DNA of 64,000 nt. Source: Candidatus Saccharimonadota bacterium. GTDB lineage: Bacteria; Patescibacteriota; Saccharimonadia; Saccharimonadales; UBA4665. The translations under genes and the position numbers were made by a program. Of this stretch, positions 1 to 9,419 are shown in pieces; position 1 is the stretch's first letter; each line of letters opens with the position of its first letter. Location of the stretch: contig DAHWAT010000001.1 in the NCBI GenBank assembly GCA_027327085.1, forward strand, positions 3,867 through 67,866, written 5' to 3'. The notes below the pieces were generated by a model, which did no database searches, was not told the origin of the DNA, and saw only the letters and a program-made list of their open reading frames with translations.

Positions 1-602
1 ACTATTCTAAAAAAAGCTTTTTTATCAAGATCAAACAATGGTTCATGTCGATAGTTGAGGATTACTAGCTGTGAATCAACTTTTGGCGGCGGTTCAAATA
101 AGTACGACGGCACTGTTAGGCCCAAACTTACTTGCCAGTAGACTTGAGCGGTAACTCCTAAAATTGACAGGTTATTAGGTTTAGCCGCTAGACGCTCGGC
201 TACTTCCTTTTGAACAAGTAGTACAGCCATTTCGGGTGGATGGCTTGACTGGCTGATGACTCTAATAAAATTGCTAGTTAGATAGTATGGTAAGTTAGCT
301 ACAATTTTATAAGGATATTTAATTTGGTTAAAGTTAAACTGTAATATATCCTGATTTATAACTTCTAAATTGTTAGCTTTAACTCGGCTTTTTAAATTGC
401 TGGCTAGAACTTTATCTAACTCAACCGCTATAACTTGTTGGCAGTCTCTGACTAAGTGGCTTGTTAGTTGGCCTAGGCCTGGACCAACTTCTAAAATAAC
501 ATCGTTTTTATGAAGATCAGCTGCCTGGGTAATTAAGCTTAGGCTAGTTTCGTCTTTCAGCCAGTGTTGGCCAAGACTTTTGTTAGCTTTTGGTTCCTCC
601 AT
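1..602 (-). CDS. rsmA: 16S rRNA adenine dimethyltransferase (3' end outside window)
   Basis: Manual translation from ATG at 602: MEEPKANKSLGQHWL...ILEVGPGLGQLT...VANLPYYLTS, the KsgA motifs. Confidence 0.93.
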   Translation of the reverse strand, partial: MEEPKANKSLGQHWLKDETSLSLITQAADLHKNDVILEVGPGLGQLTSHLVRDCQQVIAVELDKVLASNLKSRVKANNLEVINQDILQFNFNQIKYPYKIVANLPYYLTSNFIRVISQSSHPPEMAVLLVQKEVAERLAAKPNNLSILGVTAQVYWQVSLGLTVPSYLFEPPPKVDSQLVILNYRHEPLFDLDKKAFFRI

Positions 603-603
603 C

Positions 604-1857
604 TTAATTGCTCGGCGGAAAGGCTGAGATGCCAGTTTTATAATAGCAACCAGGATTCTGAGAAGCTAAACCTGCTGCTGAACTATTAGTATTAAGAACA
701 ATCATCATGTCTTGTTCGGCCGGCGTAGCCTGACTGGGCAAGACGCCAATTAAGTTATTATAGCCATAAAGAGCAGCGATTCTATTCCAAGAACCTGGCA
801 AGAATTGATAGGCCCCGTAAAAGCCGTTGCCGGTATCCTCTGAGTAATTACCGCCTGACTCACAATCTCTTAGAGTGAGCAGCCAGTTAGCTAAGCTGCT
901 GCTTTGCGGTACGGGGGCGGTACCCTTGGCGATAATCTCAGGTACGGGTGTCTCAACTTCAACTGCCTGGATCTGGGTTTTAGCTCCAGTCTTGCTGTTA
1001 ACAAAGTAGGTAATCAGTAGCTGGCCTGGTGAACCTGTCTGGTCTATAGCGCTCGTTCCAACAGTTAGTGATGGGTCATTAACGTATTGTACTGGTTCCG
1101 GAATGGTTTGGGTGGTGGTTGACACGACTTCTCCGGCATGAAGAATGAAAATATTTTGATTAGCCACTATTGGCGTATTAAGGCTTGGCTGGACGCTGTC
1201 TCCAGGACGCAAAACTATGTGCTTTTCTTGAAGCATCTCAGCTACCGTATTAGAGTGTGACCGAGTAACTATCGGTACACCATAAAGTATTAAATGAATT
1301 GGTACAGATGGTTTAATGTAGACAACTTTGCCAATTGGGCCACCGTCAGTAAAATTATTAGAGAGAGAGCTGGTTACCAAATCTTCAGGATACAAATTAA
1401 TACCAGCTTGCTGAGCTATACTGCGCGGTGTTTTAGCGGCGCTATAAGTAAAGGTTTTTTGACCGTTATAGTCTATCTCGACCGGTAAAGCCCTATAAAT
1501 ATTAATGCGGAATTTATCTTGATTAATTTTGGCGTCTAGGGCCGGTTGAACCAAGTCGCCTTGGTGTAATTTAATATTTAGTTTATCGAGTAAGGCTCCA
1601 ACCGTTGGTTCAATACTAGGCACAACTTGCGTAATACCATCATGTTTAATAATAACGACATAGGGTTGGGGCTGATGTGAGCTATTAGCTCTAAGGACAA
1701 AGAAGCCTATGATCGTTAGCATAATTAGGATAGTAAAAGTTATAAATGGAACAGCGTATGGATGACGACTGGCTCGCTTAACTTTTTTTAGTCTTTTTGG
1801 CAACAAACGCTTAAATCGATATATTTTGTAATGCCACCTATGAAGATGTTTGTGCAT
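604..1857 (-). CDS. RpfB/YabE-like protein: TM anchor, DUF348 repeats, G5 domain, Rpf-type lytic transglycosylase
   Basis: C-terminal LRDCESGGNY..TGNGFYGAYQF Rpf motif; located upstream of rsmA as in rpfB-ksgA loci. Confidence 0.85.
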   Translation of the reverse strand: MHKHLHRWHYKIYRFKRLLPKRLKKVKRASRHPYAVPFITFTILIMLTIIGFFVLRANSSHQPQPYVVIIKHDGITQVVPSIEPTVGALLDKLNIKLHQGDLVQPALDAKINQDKFRINIYRALPVEIDYNGQKTFTYSAAKTPRSIAQQAGINLYPEDLVTSSLSNNFTDGGPIGKVVYIKPSVPIHLILYGVPIVTRSHSNTVAEMLQEKHIVLRPGDSVQPSLNTPIVANQNIFILHAGEVVSTTTQTIPEPVQYVNDPSLTVGTSAIDQTGSPGQLLITYFVNSKTGAKTQIQAVEVETPVPEIIAKGTAPVPQSSSLANWLLTLRDCESGGNYSEDTGNGFYGAYQFLPGSWNRIAALYGYNNLIGVLPSQATPAEQDMMIVLNTNSSAAGLASQNPGCYYKTGISAFPPSN

Positions 1858-1909
1858 AAGTATGAGGCCTAATTGTAGCAAAAATTAGGCAATTAAGCTA
1901 GCTTCACCT

Positions 1910-4054
1910 CTATATTTGGTCAATCTTTTCAATTTGTGCAAAGCCTAAATTCAGTTTTTTGGTGCCCTTGCCTTTAAAATAAATTACAGCGTCTTCACCG
2001 TCCAGCTCAACGATAGTACCTATACCAAAAAGTTTATGTCTGATGGCGTCACCGGTAGAAACTTCGGGTAGATAACGTGGCTCATTGGATGAATTGTCCT
2101 TAGCTAAAACCCTAGCCGCTTCTAAATTGGAAGTTGTTTCTTGTGCGCCATCAATTTCTGCTAGAAAACGGCTTGGTGGGTTGTACTGAACTCCACCATA
2201 CAGCATACGGGATTGAGCATGTAATAAATAAAGTTCTTGTCTGGCTCTAGTGATTCCTACATAAGCTAGGCGTCTTTCTTCCTCCATCTCAGAGTTATCG
2301 TAAAAACTGCGTGAATGTGGCAAAATTGATTCTTCTAGGCCAGGGATGAAAACTACTGGAAATTCTAACCCTTTAGCCGAATGAAGGGTCATAAGTGTGA
2401 CACTATTAGAGTTATTGTCTAGACTATCGACATCGCTGATGAGAGAGACCTCTTCAAGAAAACCGCTTAGCCCAACCTCGTTATATTCTTGGGCTACACT
2501 TAATAATTCTTTAACATTTTCGGCCCTTGATTCACCTTGGGGGGTGCCATCGTTTAATAAATTAATGTAATCTAATCTTTTTAATAGAGCTTCAATCAGA
2601 CCGCTAACACTGACTTCGTCGCTCATTTTGCGGCATGAAACTAGGATATCGTTGAGCTCAAGTAAGCCATTCTTAGCTTTGCTTGTTAAATTTAAGCAAG
2701 CTTCAACTTGGCTTAGGGCTGCTGCTAGGCTTAAATTGTTTTGATTTTTCCAGTCAAAAAAATTAGCTAAACTTTTTAAACCTATGCCACGGCTGGGGAC
2801 ATTCACCACACGGTTAAAACTAACTTCATCGTTAGGCTGATAAATTAGACGCAAGTAGGCCATTACATCTTTGATCTCTTTACGGTCATAAAACCTAACC
2901 CCTCCGATAACTCTATAAGGTAAATTATGTCTGATTAATGATTCTTCAATGGTTCTTGATTGGGCGTTGGTTCTGTATAAGACTGCAAAGTCTTTGTATC
3001 GCCTGAGGCCACTATCTATACCAAGCTTAATCCGTCTTGTTATGGCTTCGGCTTCTTCTCTTTCAGAACTACTAGCCAGTATTTGAACTGGCAGGCCTAA
3101 AGCCTCCGCCGTCCACAGCTTTTTATCTGAACGCTGGGTATTGTTTAAGATTAAAGAGTTAGCAGCCGTGAGGATTGCTCCGCTAGAGCGGTAGTTTTGT
3201 TCCAATTTTATGACTGTGGCGTTTTTATAGTCTGATTCAAATTTTAGAATGTTTCTAAAGTCAGCTCCTCGCCAGCCATAAATACTTTGAGCGTCATCCC
3301 CACAAACTGCGATATTGTTGGTTTTAGGGTTAGTCAGTAGCTTGACTAACTTATATTGAGCGGCGTTGGTGTCTTGGTACTCATCAATAATCACGTATTT
3401 AAATTGATTCTGCCATTTGCGTCTAACGTCCTGATTAATTTCTAGTAGCCTTACGGTCTTGTTGATTAAATCGTCAAAGTCTAAGGCGTTGTTAGTTTTA
3501 AGAGTTGTTTCATAAACAGGGTAAACTTTAGCAGCCGTGTCTTCTGCCGGTGAACTACTAACTGCGCTATAGTCATCTGGGCTTAAAAGTTCATTCTTAG
3601 CATTACTTATCAGGCTAGAAATAAGTCTAGGCGGAAAGGTTTTCTCATCAATCGATAATTTTTTTATAACTTGTTTAATAGCGGCCAGACGGTCGCTTTC
3701 GTCAAAAATGACAAAGTTTCTAGGAACATTGACGTATTCTGCATCAATTCTTAATAACCGGACACAAATGCCGTGGAAAGTACCCATGTAGGGCATGAAG
3801 CCACGGTTATTGGGTGCTTGATTTAATAATTTGGCAATGCGACTACGCATCTCTTGGGCAGCTTTATTGGTAAAAGTTACCGCTAGTATTTGCTCGCTAT
3901 TAGCTTTATGCGTAGTTAGTATATAGGCAATACGGTGGGTTAGTGTTTTGGTCTTACCGCTACCGGCACCGGCTAGTATTAAAAGAGGACCTTCAGTGGT
4001 TTCGGCGGCCTTTTTTTGCTCTGGATTTAAACCCTTGAGAATGTCTTCATGCAC
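1910..4054 (-). CDS. pcrA: ATP-dependent DNA helicase PcrA/UvrD
   Basis: AGAGSGKT, DEYQDTN, TLHSAKGLEF, EEERRLAYVGITRA. Confidence 0.96.
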   Translation of the reverse strand: MHEDILKGLNPEQKKAAETTEGPLLILAGAGSGKTKTLTHRIAYILTTHKANSEQILAVTFTNKAAQEMRSRIAKLLNQAPNNRGFMPYMGTFHGICVRLLRIDAEYVNVPRNFVIFDESDRLAAIKQVIKKLSIDEKTFPPRLISSLISNAKNELLSPDDYSAVSSSPAEDTAAKVYPVYETTLKTNNALDFDDLINKTVRLLEINQDVRRKWQNQFKYVIIDEYQDTNAAQYKLVKLLTNPKTNNIAVCGDDAQSIYGWRGADFRNILKFESDYKNATVIKLEQNYRSSGAILTAANSLILNNTQRSDKKLWTAEALGLPVQILASSSEREEAEAITRRIKLGIDSGLRRYKDFAVLYRTNAQSRTIEESLIRHNLPYRVIGGVRFYDRKEIKDVMAYLRLIYQPNDEVSFNRVVNVPSRGIGLKSLANFFDWKNQNNLSLAAALSQVEACLNLTSKAKNGLLELNDILVSCRKMSDEVSVSGLIEALLKRLDYINLLNDGTPQGESRAENVKELLSVAQEYNEVGLSGFLEEVSLISDVDSLDNNSNSVTLMTLHSAKGLEFPVVFIPGLEESILPHSRSFYDNSEMEEERRLAYVGITRARQELYLLHAQSRMLYGGVQYNPPSRFLAEIDGAQETTSNLEAARVLAKDNSSNEPRYLPEVSTGDAIRHKLFGIGTIVELDGEDAVIYFKGKGTKKLNLGFAQIEKIDQI

Positions 4055-4073
4055 TGATCTATTTTAACAGAGA

Positions 4074-4847
4074 TTAGGCTTTAACTTTAGCGGCAGCTTC
4101 AATAATCTTTGTAAACATTGAGTAGTTAAGGCTGGCTGCCCCAGGCAGTAGTCCATTAACACCTTCTAGACTAAGAATGCTGCTGACAAATTCTGGTTCT
4201 ACGCTAGCACCGTAAATAACTGTTTGATCTTTTGATGCGCCATAGCCATAAAGGTCAGCCAAAATTGACCTAATCCAATCGATAGAGCTTTTGATTTCTT
4301 CCGGTTTTGCCGGTCGATTACCGCCAAAGGTTGATATTGCCCACACCGGTTCATAGGCAATAACGACCTTATCTATCTCTTCGGCTGTTAAATTAGCTAG
4401 GGCCGTGGTTACTTGATCATGTAAAACTCGTTTAGTTTCATTGTCTTTTCTTTCTTGAGCAGTCTCACCTACACAAAGTATCGGCTTTATGTCGTTACGA
4501 ATAGCTGCAGCCACCTTGTCTCGAACTACTTCTAAACTTTCGTTAAAATAGATCCGACGTTCGCTATGGCCAACCAAACAATACTCAACGATGTGTCTGA
4601 GCATGGTAAAGCTGACTTCTCCGGTATAGGCTCCTTCATCTACAAAGTAAGCGTTTTGGGCGGCCAATTTAAACTTGCGCTTGTCTATTTCCCTAGATAA
4701 GGGCTGTAAAACTAATAAATTGGGGGCAAGGACTATTTCAACGTTACGCTGTATCTTAATATTATCGTCTAAGCGTTTAACTAAAACCGAAGCTTCATGA
4801 ACATTGAGGTTCATCTTCCAGTTACCGACTATCAAAAATTTCTTCAT
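4074..4847 (-). CDS. tpiA: Triosephosphate isomerase
   Basis: GNWKMN, GHSERR, AYEPVWAI. Confidence 0.97.
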   Translation of the reverse strand: MKKFLIVGNWKMNLNVHEASVLVKRLDDNIKIQRNVEIVLAPNLLVLQPLSREIDKRKFKLAAQNAYFVDEGAYTGEVSFTMLRHIVEYCLVGHSERRIYFNESLEVVRDKVAAAIRNDIKPILCVGETAQERKDNETKRVLHDQVTTALANLTAEEIDKVVIAYEPVWAISTFGGNRPAKPEEIKSSIDWIRSILADLYGYGASKDQTVIYGASVEPEFVSSILSLEGVNGLLPGAASLNYSMFTKIIEAAAKVKA

Positions 4848-4862
4848 GCTTATGCTATTTTA

Positions 4863-6149
4863 CTACTTTTTATCCTCTAATGCTTCGACTCCAGGCAATT
4901 TATGGCCGCTCATTAGTTCTAAGCTAGCCCCACCACCGGTAGAAACGTGATCAAAACTAGCCGTTAAACCTCTTGATTCGATATAGCCAACCGTGTCACC
5001 ACCACCAACCACGCTAAAAGGTTTATGGCCAAACTGGCCAATACTCGCCTCAATGACTGTCTCAGTAGCATGAGCAAAGGGGCCAATCGGGCCACGTAAA
5101 CTAGGCACCTCGGTTACACCTAAAGTACCGTTCCAAATAACCATCTGCGACTGATTGATTGCCCCGGCTATAAAAGAGGCGCTAAATGGACCAATATCTA
5201 AAATTTTTTCTCCGTCTTTTAGAGATACAGCTGTTATAGGCACGGCCTTAGGGTAATAAGCAATATCGGCAAAACTATTACTGGCAAAGTCAACAACTCT
5301 GGTAGGAGAGGCTTTGTCGATTGAACTAGCTACCACTACATCGTGAGGTATAAAAAAACTAAAAGCTCTTAAGTGGCTTTCTTTTTCAGCTGAGTGAATT
5401 ATGTCTTTAGCGACAGATAGTTCACCTGGATCAAATAGGCTATCTTTAATGTCTACCCCTTGGGCTTTTAGAAAGGGGTTAGCTAGAGCTCCACCGATTG
5501 CTAGAAAGTCAGCGATATGAATCAGCCGCTTTAAAATTTCAATTTTATCTTGGACTTTAGCACCGCCAACAATAGCCGACAAAGGTCTTTTTGGAGTGGT
5601 CATAGCATCAGTTATGGTGTCGACTTCTTTTTCTAGTAACAAGCCGGCAACACTAGGCAAAAAGTATGTCACTCCTTCTGTACTGGCATGAGCTCGGTGG
5701 ACTACACCGAAACCATCTTGAACGAAAACGTCCTTGCCATTAGCCAATTGTTTAGAAAATGCCTGATCATTTTTTTCTTCTTCAGGATGAAAACGCAGGT
5801 TCTCAAGTAGTAAAATTTGGCCCGGTTTTAGTTTTTTAATTTGCTGTTCGGTTTTAAGGCCAACACAATCATCGGCGAATTCAACCGGCCGATTTAAAAG
5901 CTTAGACAGCTGCTTAGCGACCGGTTTTAAGCTGAAAGCAACTGTAGGAACACCATCTGGGCGACCTAAGTGAGAACAGATGACTAGCCTTACTTTTTGA
6001 TCAAGTAAATACTCTATTGTTTCTAAACTTTGCTTAATACGATAGTTATCGGTAATGCGACCGTCAGTAATTGGCACATTATAGTCAGCTCTGAGTAAGA
6101 CAGTTTTGGAAGTCAGATTAATATCTTTAATCGTTTTTTTACTAAACAA
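4863..6149 (-). CDS. pgk: Phosphoglycerate kinase
   Basis: RADYNVP, SHLGRP, LLENLRF, HVSTGGGASLE. Confidence 0.97.
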   Translation of the reverse strand: MFSKKTIKDINLTSKTVLLRADYNVPITDGRITDNYRIKQSLETIEYLLDQKVRLVICSHLGRPDGVPTVAFSLKPVAKQLSKLLNRPVEFADDCVGLKTEQQIKKLKPGQILLLENLRFHPEEEKNDQAFSKQLANGKDVFVQDGFGVVHRAHASTEGVTYFLPSVAGLLLEKEVDTITDAMTTPKRPLSAIVGGAKVQDKIEILKRLIHIADFLAIGGALANPFLKAQGVDIKDSLFDPGELSVAKDIIHSAEKESHLRAFSFFIPHDVVVASSIDKASPTRVVDFASNSFADIAYYPKAVPITAVSLKDGEKILDIGPFSASFIAGAINQSQMVIWNGTLGVTEVPSLRGPIGPFAHATETVIEASIGQFGHKPFSVVGGGDTVGYIESRGLTASFDHVSTGGGASLELMSGHKLPGVEALEDKK

Positions 6150-6216
6150 ATTGCCCTCCCTTTTATTTTATTGATTATGCTTATGGCTATTTTAGCATAA
6201 ACAGTTTGCTTAGGTT

Positions 6217-6570
6217 TTAAGAGCTCTTTTGTCTTAATTTTCTTAAACTGAATAAGTGATAACTAATGCCGGATATGATACTTACGACAGTAAACAGTCC
6301 GACAACATCACCTGGGCCGGTATTGGTTAGGCTGGTAGTGGAGCTGGAGGCTGAATTTGGTTGACTAGGGGGTTGCGTCGTATCTGCTTGAGTATTAGAA
6401 CTACCCGATGGCCTAGGAACAACTTTAGATTGCGCTACCTTTGGATGAACGCTTGAAGGTTGTTTTGGTTTAGTAGAAGACGAATTAAAGGCCAGATATA
6501 TAACAACTACCAGAGCGATGATAACAATTGCGTAGACTCCGTAAATAATTTGTTTTGGGTACTTTGCCAT
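6217..6570 (-). CDS. Small membrane protein: N-terminal TM, S/T/P/Q linker, C-terminal LTNTG sorting-like signal
   Basis: LTNTGPG followed by hydrophobic segment and basic tail. Confidence 0.7.
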   Translation of the reverse strand: MAKYPKQIIYGVYAIVIIALVVVIYLAFNSSSTKPKQPSSVHPKVAQSKVVPRPSGSSNTQADTTQPPSQPNSASSSTTSLTNTGPGDVVGLFTVVSIISGISYHLFSLRKLRQKSS

Positions 6571-6802
6571 AATTAAATCCCTTTTACTTAATTTGACTAT
6601 ACCACAAATGAATTATAAAAGCAGGACTCAATCAACTAATACAGAACAAGTAGTCTGTAGAAAAATAAATGGGTTGTAAAAAATTTCTGGTTGGTTTCGC
6701 CCTGCCATCCATTCATTTAAGATGAGCTGTAAACAGTTTGAGCTTGAGATAGGCAAGTTTATTTAAAAAATAGAGGCAAATCTTACGATCTTATTAACCC
6801 AG

Positions 6803-6820
6803 GGTACGCTCGTAACGTAC
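6803..6820. promoter_or_regulatory. Palindromic operator candidate upstream of TA operon 1
   Basis: GGTACG-N6-CGTACC; a similar GTACA..TGTAC dyad precedes TA operon 2 (~7506-7535). Confidence 0.5.
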
Positions 6821-6856
6821 CAATATATTGTAATTAAAATTTCTTAGGAGATCACT

Positions 6857-7111
6857 ATGACTACGAAAACAATTGATGCCAGTACCATGCGCAAGAATCA
6901 GTCTGAAGTACTTGATTCTGTTCGCGATGATAAAGATATTATTCTAGTGAGAAGACACGGCCATGTAGAATCCGCTTTAGTAGATATCGATACACTTGAA
7001 GACCTGCTTGCAGTACAAGACCCTAAGTACTTAAAGAGTATTGCTGAGGCACGTTCCAGCAAGGAATGGTATTCTCCAGAAGAAGTCTTTGGTGACATTT
7101 GGACTGATTAA
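6857..7111 (+). CDS. Phd/YefM family antitoxin
   Basis: Phd-like N-terminus, acidic C-terminus, SD AGGAG, directly upstream of RelE-like gene. Confidence 0.85.
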   Translation: MTTKTIDASTMRKNQSEVLDSVRDDKDIILVRRHGHVESALVDIDTLEDLLAVQDPKYLKSIAEARSSKEWYSPEEVFGDIWTD

Positions 7112-7113
7112 AA

Positions 7114-7374
7114 ATGCCTTATAGGTTGAAAATTGAAAGTCTAGCAAAGAAAGACATCAAGTCATTAGAGTTAACTGTTCAGAAACGTATTGTTAAGAAG
7201 CTAAAGTTTTTCTTAGAAAAACCCGACCCACTAATGTATGCAAAGAAGCTTGTTGACAGTTCAGGTGGAGATTACAGGTGGCGTATCAGTAACTATCGAT
7301 TAATTTTCGATTTAAAGGACTATGAAATATTGTTGCTACGGGTTCAGCATAGAAAAGATGTTTACAAAAAATAA
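7114..7374 (+). CDS. RelE/ParE family toxin
   Basis: YRWRISNYRLIF...VQHRKDVY. Confidence 0.9.
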   Translation: MPYRLKIESLAKKDIKSLELTVQKRIVKKLKFFLEKPDPLMYAKKLVDSSGGDYRWRISNYRLIFDLKDYEILLLRVQHRKDVYKK

Positions 7375-7389
7375 TCTTTAGACTTTACA

Positions 7390-7490
7390 CTAATTTGTAA
7401 ATGGTGAACCACACGAGATTTTCCTGGAACTCTGTTCTCTCTTCCCTTCTTAGCTTCAATGATAAGCTCATAGCGCTGGAAGGTGGCTAA
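7390..7490. repeat. att-like junction resembling tRNA-Glu 3' end plus foreign arm
   Basis: CTAATTTGTAAATGGTGA vs CTAATTTGTCAATGGTGA at 8083-8100; TGG(7402)-N22-GAAC(7427). Confidence 0.75.
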
Positions 7491-7557
7491 TTAATATTGA
7501 TTTAAGTACATCCATAATGTACAATTAAATTGTACTATAATATATTAGGAGAAAACT

Positions 7558-7800
7558 ATGGGCACCACAACTATTCCGGCATCAGATCTAAGAGCAAACT
7601 TAGCTGAGACTCTAGATGCAGTTAGTTTAGACAATATCATTGTCGTAACTCGTCGAGGGAAAAAAGAAAGAGCCATTATAGACCTAGATCAACTAGAGGA
7701 TCTATTGGCTGCCAGTGATCCTGCTTATCTAGCTAAAATCAAAGAAGCTAGAGAAAGTAAGGAATACTTAAGCCATGAGGATGTATTTAGGGATCTTTAA
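7558..7800 (+). CDS. Phd/YefM family antitoxin
   Basis: Paralog of 6857-7111 (LEDLLA..DP.YL..I.EAR.SKE). Confidence 0.85.
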   Translation: MGTTTIPASDLRANLAETLDAVSLDNIIVVTRRGKKERAIIDLDQLEDLLAASDPAYLAKIKEARESKEYLSHEDVFRDL

Positions 7801-7802
7801 AG

Positions 7803-8066
7803 ATGTCAAAATATACTCTGGTATACAAAAAGCCAGCAGCTAAAGAAATTAGCAAATTGCCAGACCATATAAAAAAACGCCTGAAAGCTAAGTTAGAGTG
7901 GTTTATAAGCCAGGATAAGCCTTTAGAATTTGCGCAGCTGCTCACTAAACCTGCTGATGGGCAGTACAGGTTTAGAATAGGCAATTACAGATTACTTTTT
8001 GACGTTGAGGATAATAAGATAGTGGTTCTGCACATTCAGCATCGAAGAGAAGTTTATAGACGATAA
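7803..8066 (+). CDS. RelE/ParE family toxin
   Basis: YRFRIGNYRLLF...IQHRREVYR. Confidence 0.9.
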   Translation: MSKYTLVYKKPAAKEISKLPDHIKKRLKAKLEWFISQDKPLEFAQLLTKPADGQYRFRIGNYRLLFDVEDNKIVVLHIQHRREVYRR

Positions 8067-8094
8067 TTCATATAATATTATCCTAATTTGTCAA

Positions 8095-8169
8095 TGGTGA
8101 CCTCACGGAGAATCGAACTCCGATTGCCAGGATGAAAACCTGGTGTCCTAGCCGTTAGACGATGAGGCC
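8095..8169 (-). tRNA. tRNA-Glu(TTC)
   Basis: Cloverleaf; anticodon arm CCAGG-TT-TTC-AT-CCTGG; encoded CCA. Confidence 0.97.
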
Positions 8170-8210
8170 ATAATCAAAATTTATCCTGTAAATATTACCA
8201 TAACAGAGAC

Positions 8211-8245
8211 AAAATAAAAATCCCCTTCACCTCACCTGAAGGGGA
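8211..8245 (-). terminator. Intrinsic terminator
   Basis: TCCCCTTCA-N7-TGAAGGGGA followed by T-run on minus strand. Confidence 0.75.
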
Positions 8246-8358
8246 CTTCTATGTTTTGCTTTTGGTGTTAGAGCGGTCAGTCATGAGCTCTTTAACTTCT
8301 TAACCATAGCACATAACTGAGTTAAACGCTAGTGTTTATCCACACTTAAGTCTCAAGC

Positions 8359-9330
8359 TTACTGACGGCTCAAACGTCGACCAATTACAAAACGATACGC
8401 TACTGTACTGATTGCTACAACTGCAGCAAAGATACCAATAGTGCTACCAGGACCTGTGTTAACCAATTGAGTTGGCGCAGCGGGTGGAGTAACAGTTGGA
8501 GGAGTTGTGCTAGTGAAAGACACTTGTTGTTCACAAGTAGCACTGGTTGCTGTTTGATTCTGCCCGTTAACATTAAAGTTAGCTGTGGCAGTAATCGTGT
8601 AAGTACCGTCACTAGTGTATGTATGGCTTTGACCAACTACATTACTGGCTGTTGTTGGGGTAGAATTATCGCCCCAGTTAATTGTAGCGTTAGTAAAGGT
8701 TGCGCCATTTTGAGCAGTAGTGTTAAGACCGCTTACTGTTATAGTCTTGTTGTCGCCCGCAGTAACTGTTAAAGCGTTACAAGTATATACAGGAGCTGCT
8801 GGAGTAGGACAACCTACTTTAGCTTCAAAATTAACATATTCTACACCAGAACCATTAATGCTGCCGATGTTATCACCAGAAGTCATTAGGTTGTCTGAAA
8901 GAGAGCTAATTTTGTTACCATTTACGTCTAATAGTTCGGCTGAGCCAGGAACGTATGAAACAGTTTGAGCACTACTAAGGTCTAGTTCGGTGCTTCCACT
9001 GACGCTATTAGCTACACCGCCACCATAGGTAGCGTTGAATGTTGAAACGTTTTTTACGCTTGAAGTGTTAGGTAAATTAACACTTACAGTAACGTTAGTT
9101 GCAGCAACATAAGCCGTATTATGAAGTTGGATACTATATTCAAGCTCATCGCAAGCGTTAGCGCTAGCAGGATTAGCGTAGTTAACATTTTGTGTAAGAT
9201 TTTTGATTTGATATATGTTACCGCCAGCTATATCGGCTGGGCTGTCAGCAAAAACCGCTGGACTTAGAGCTGCAAATGACAAGCCGATAAAGGCTACGCC
9301 GGTTACAAGAGCTTTATTTAAAGCTTTCAT
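8359..9330 (-). CDS. Secreted surface protein (DUF11-like and PKD-like domains) with LVNTG sorting-like signal
   Basis: Signal peptide; INWGD...HTY...GTYTIT PKD pattern; LVNTGPG + TM + basic tail. Confidence 0.8.
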   Translation of the reverse strand: MKALNKALVTGVAFIGLSFAALSPAVFADSPADIAGGNIYQIKNLTQNVNYANPASANACDELEYSIQLHNTAYVAATNVTVSVNLPNTSSVKNVSTFNATYGGGVANSVSGSTELDLSSAQTVSYVPGSAELLDVNGNKISSLSDNLMTSGDNIGSINGSGVEYVNFEAKVGCPTPAAPVYTCNALTVTAGDNKTITVSGLNTTAQNGATFTNATINWGDNSTPTTASNVVGQSHTYTSDGTYTITATANFNVNGQNQTATSATCEQQVSFTSTTPPTVTPPAAPTQLVNTGPGSTIGIFAAVVAISTVAYRFVIGRRLSRQ

Positions 9331-9386
9331 ATTGTTCTCCTTTCTAAAAAGAACTTATTTAAAAACATCTATTATCTTCTTCTCTA

Positions 9387-9411
9387 AAACTAGATAGTCA
9401 TTGGGCTTTGA
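9387..9411. repeat. Left 25-bp inverted repeat of GC-rich gene unit
   Basis: AAACTAGATAGTCATTGGGCTTTGA; 23/25 identical to reverse complement of 10975-10999. Confidence 0.85.
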
Positions 9412-9419
9412 ATTGGGGT

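Noticed and set aside
6588..6660. Third att-like junction of the tRNA-Glu array
   Set aside because: Only TAATTTG and an NQLIQ-like string match, and it overlaps the likely -10 of the 6217-6570 gene; too weak
8336..8344. DnaA box TTATCCACA (another at ~48522)
   Set aside because: Isolated single boxes, no cluster or dnaA nearby
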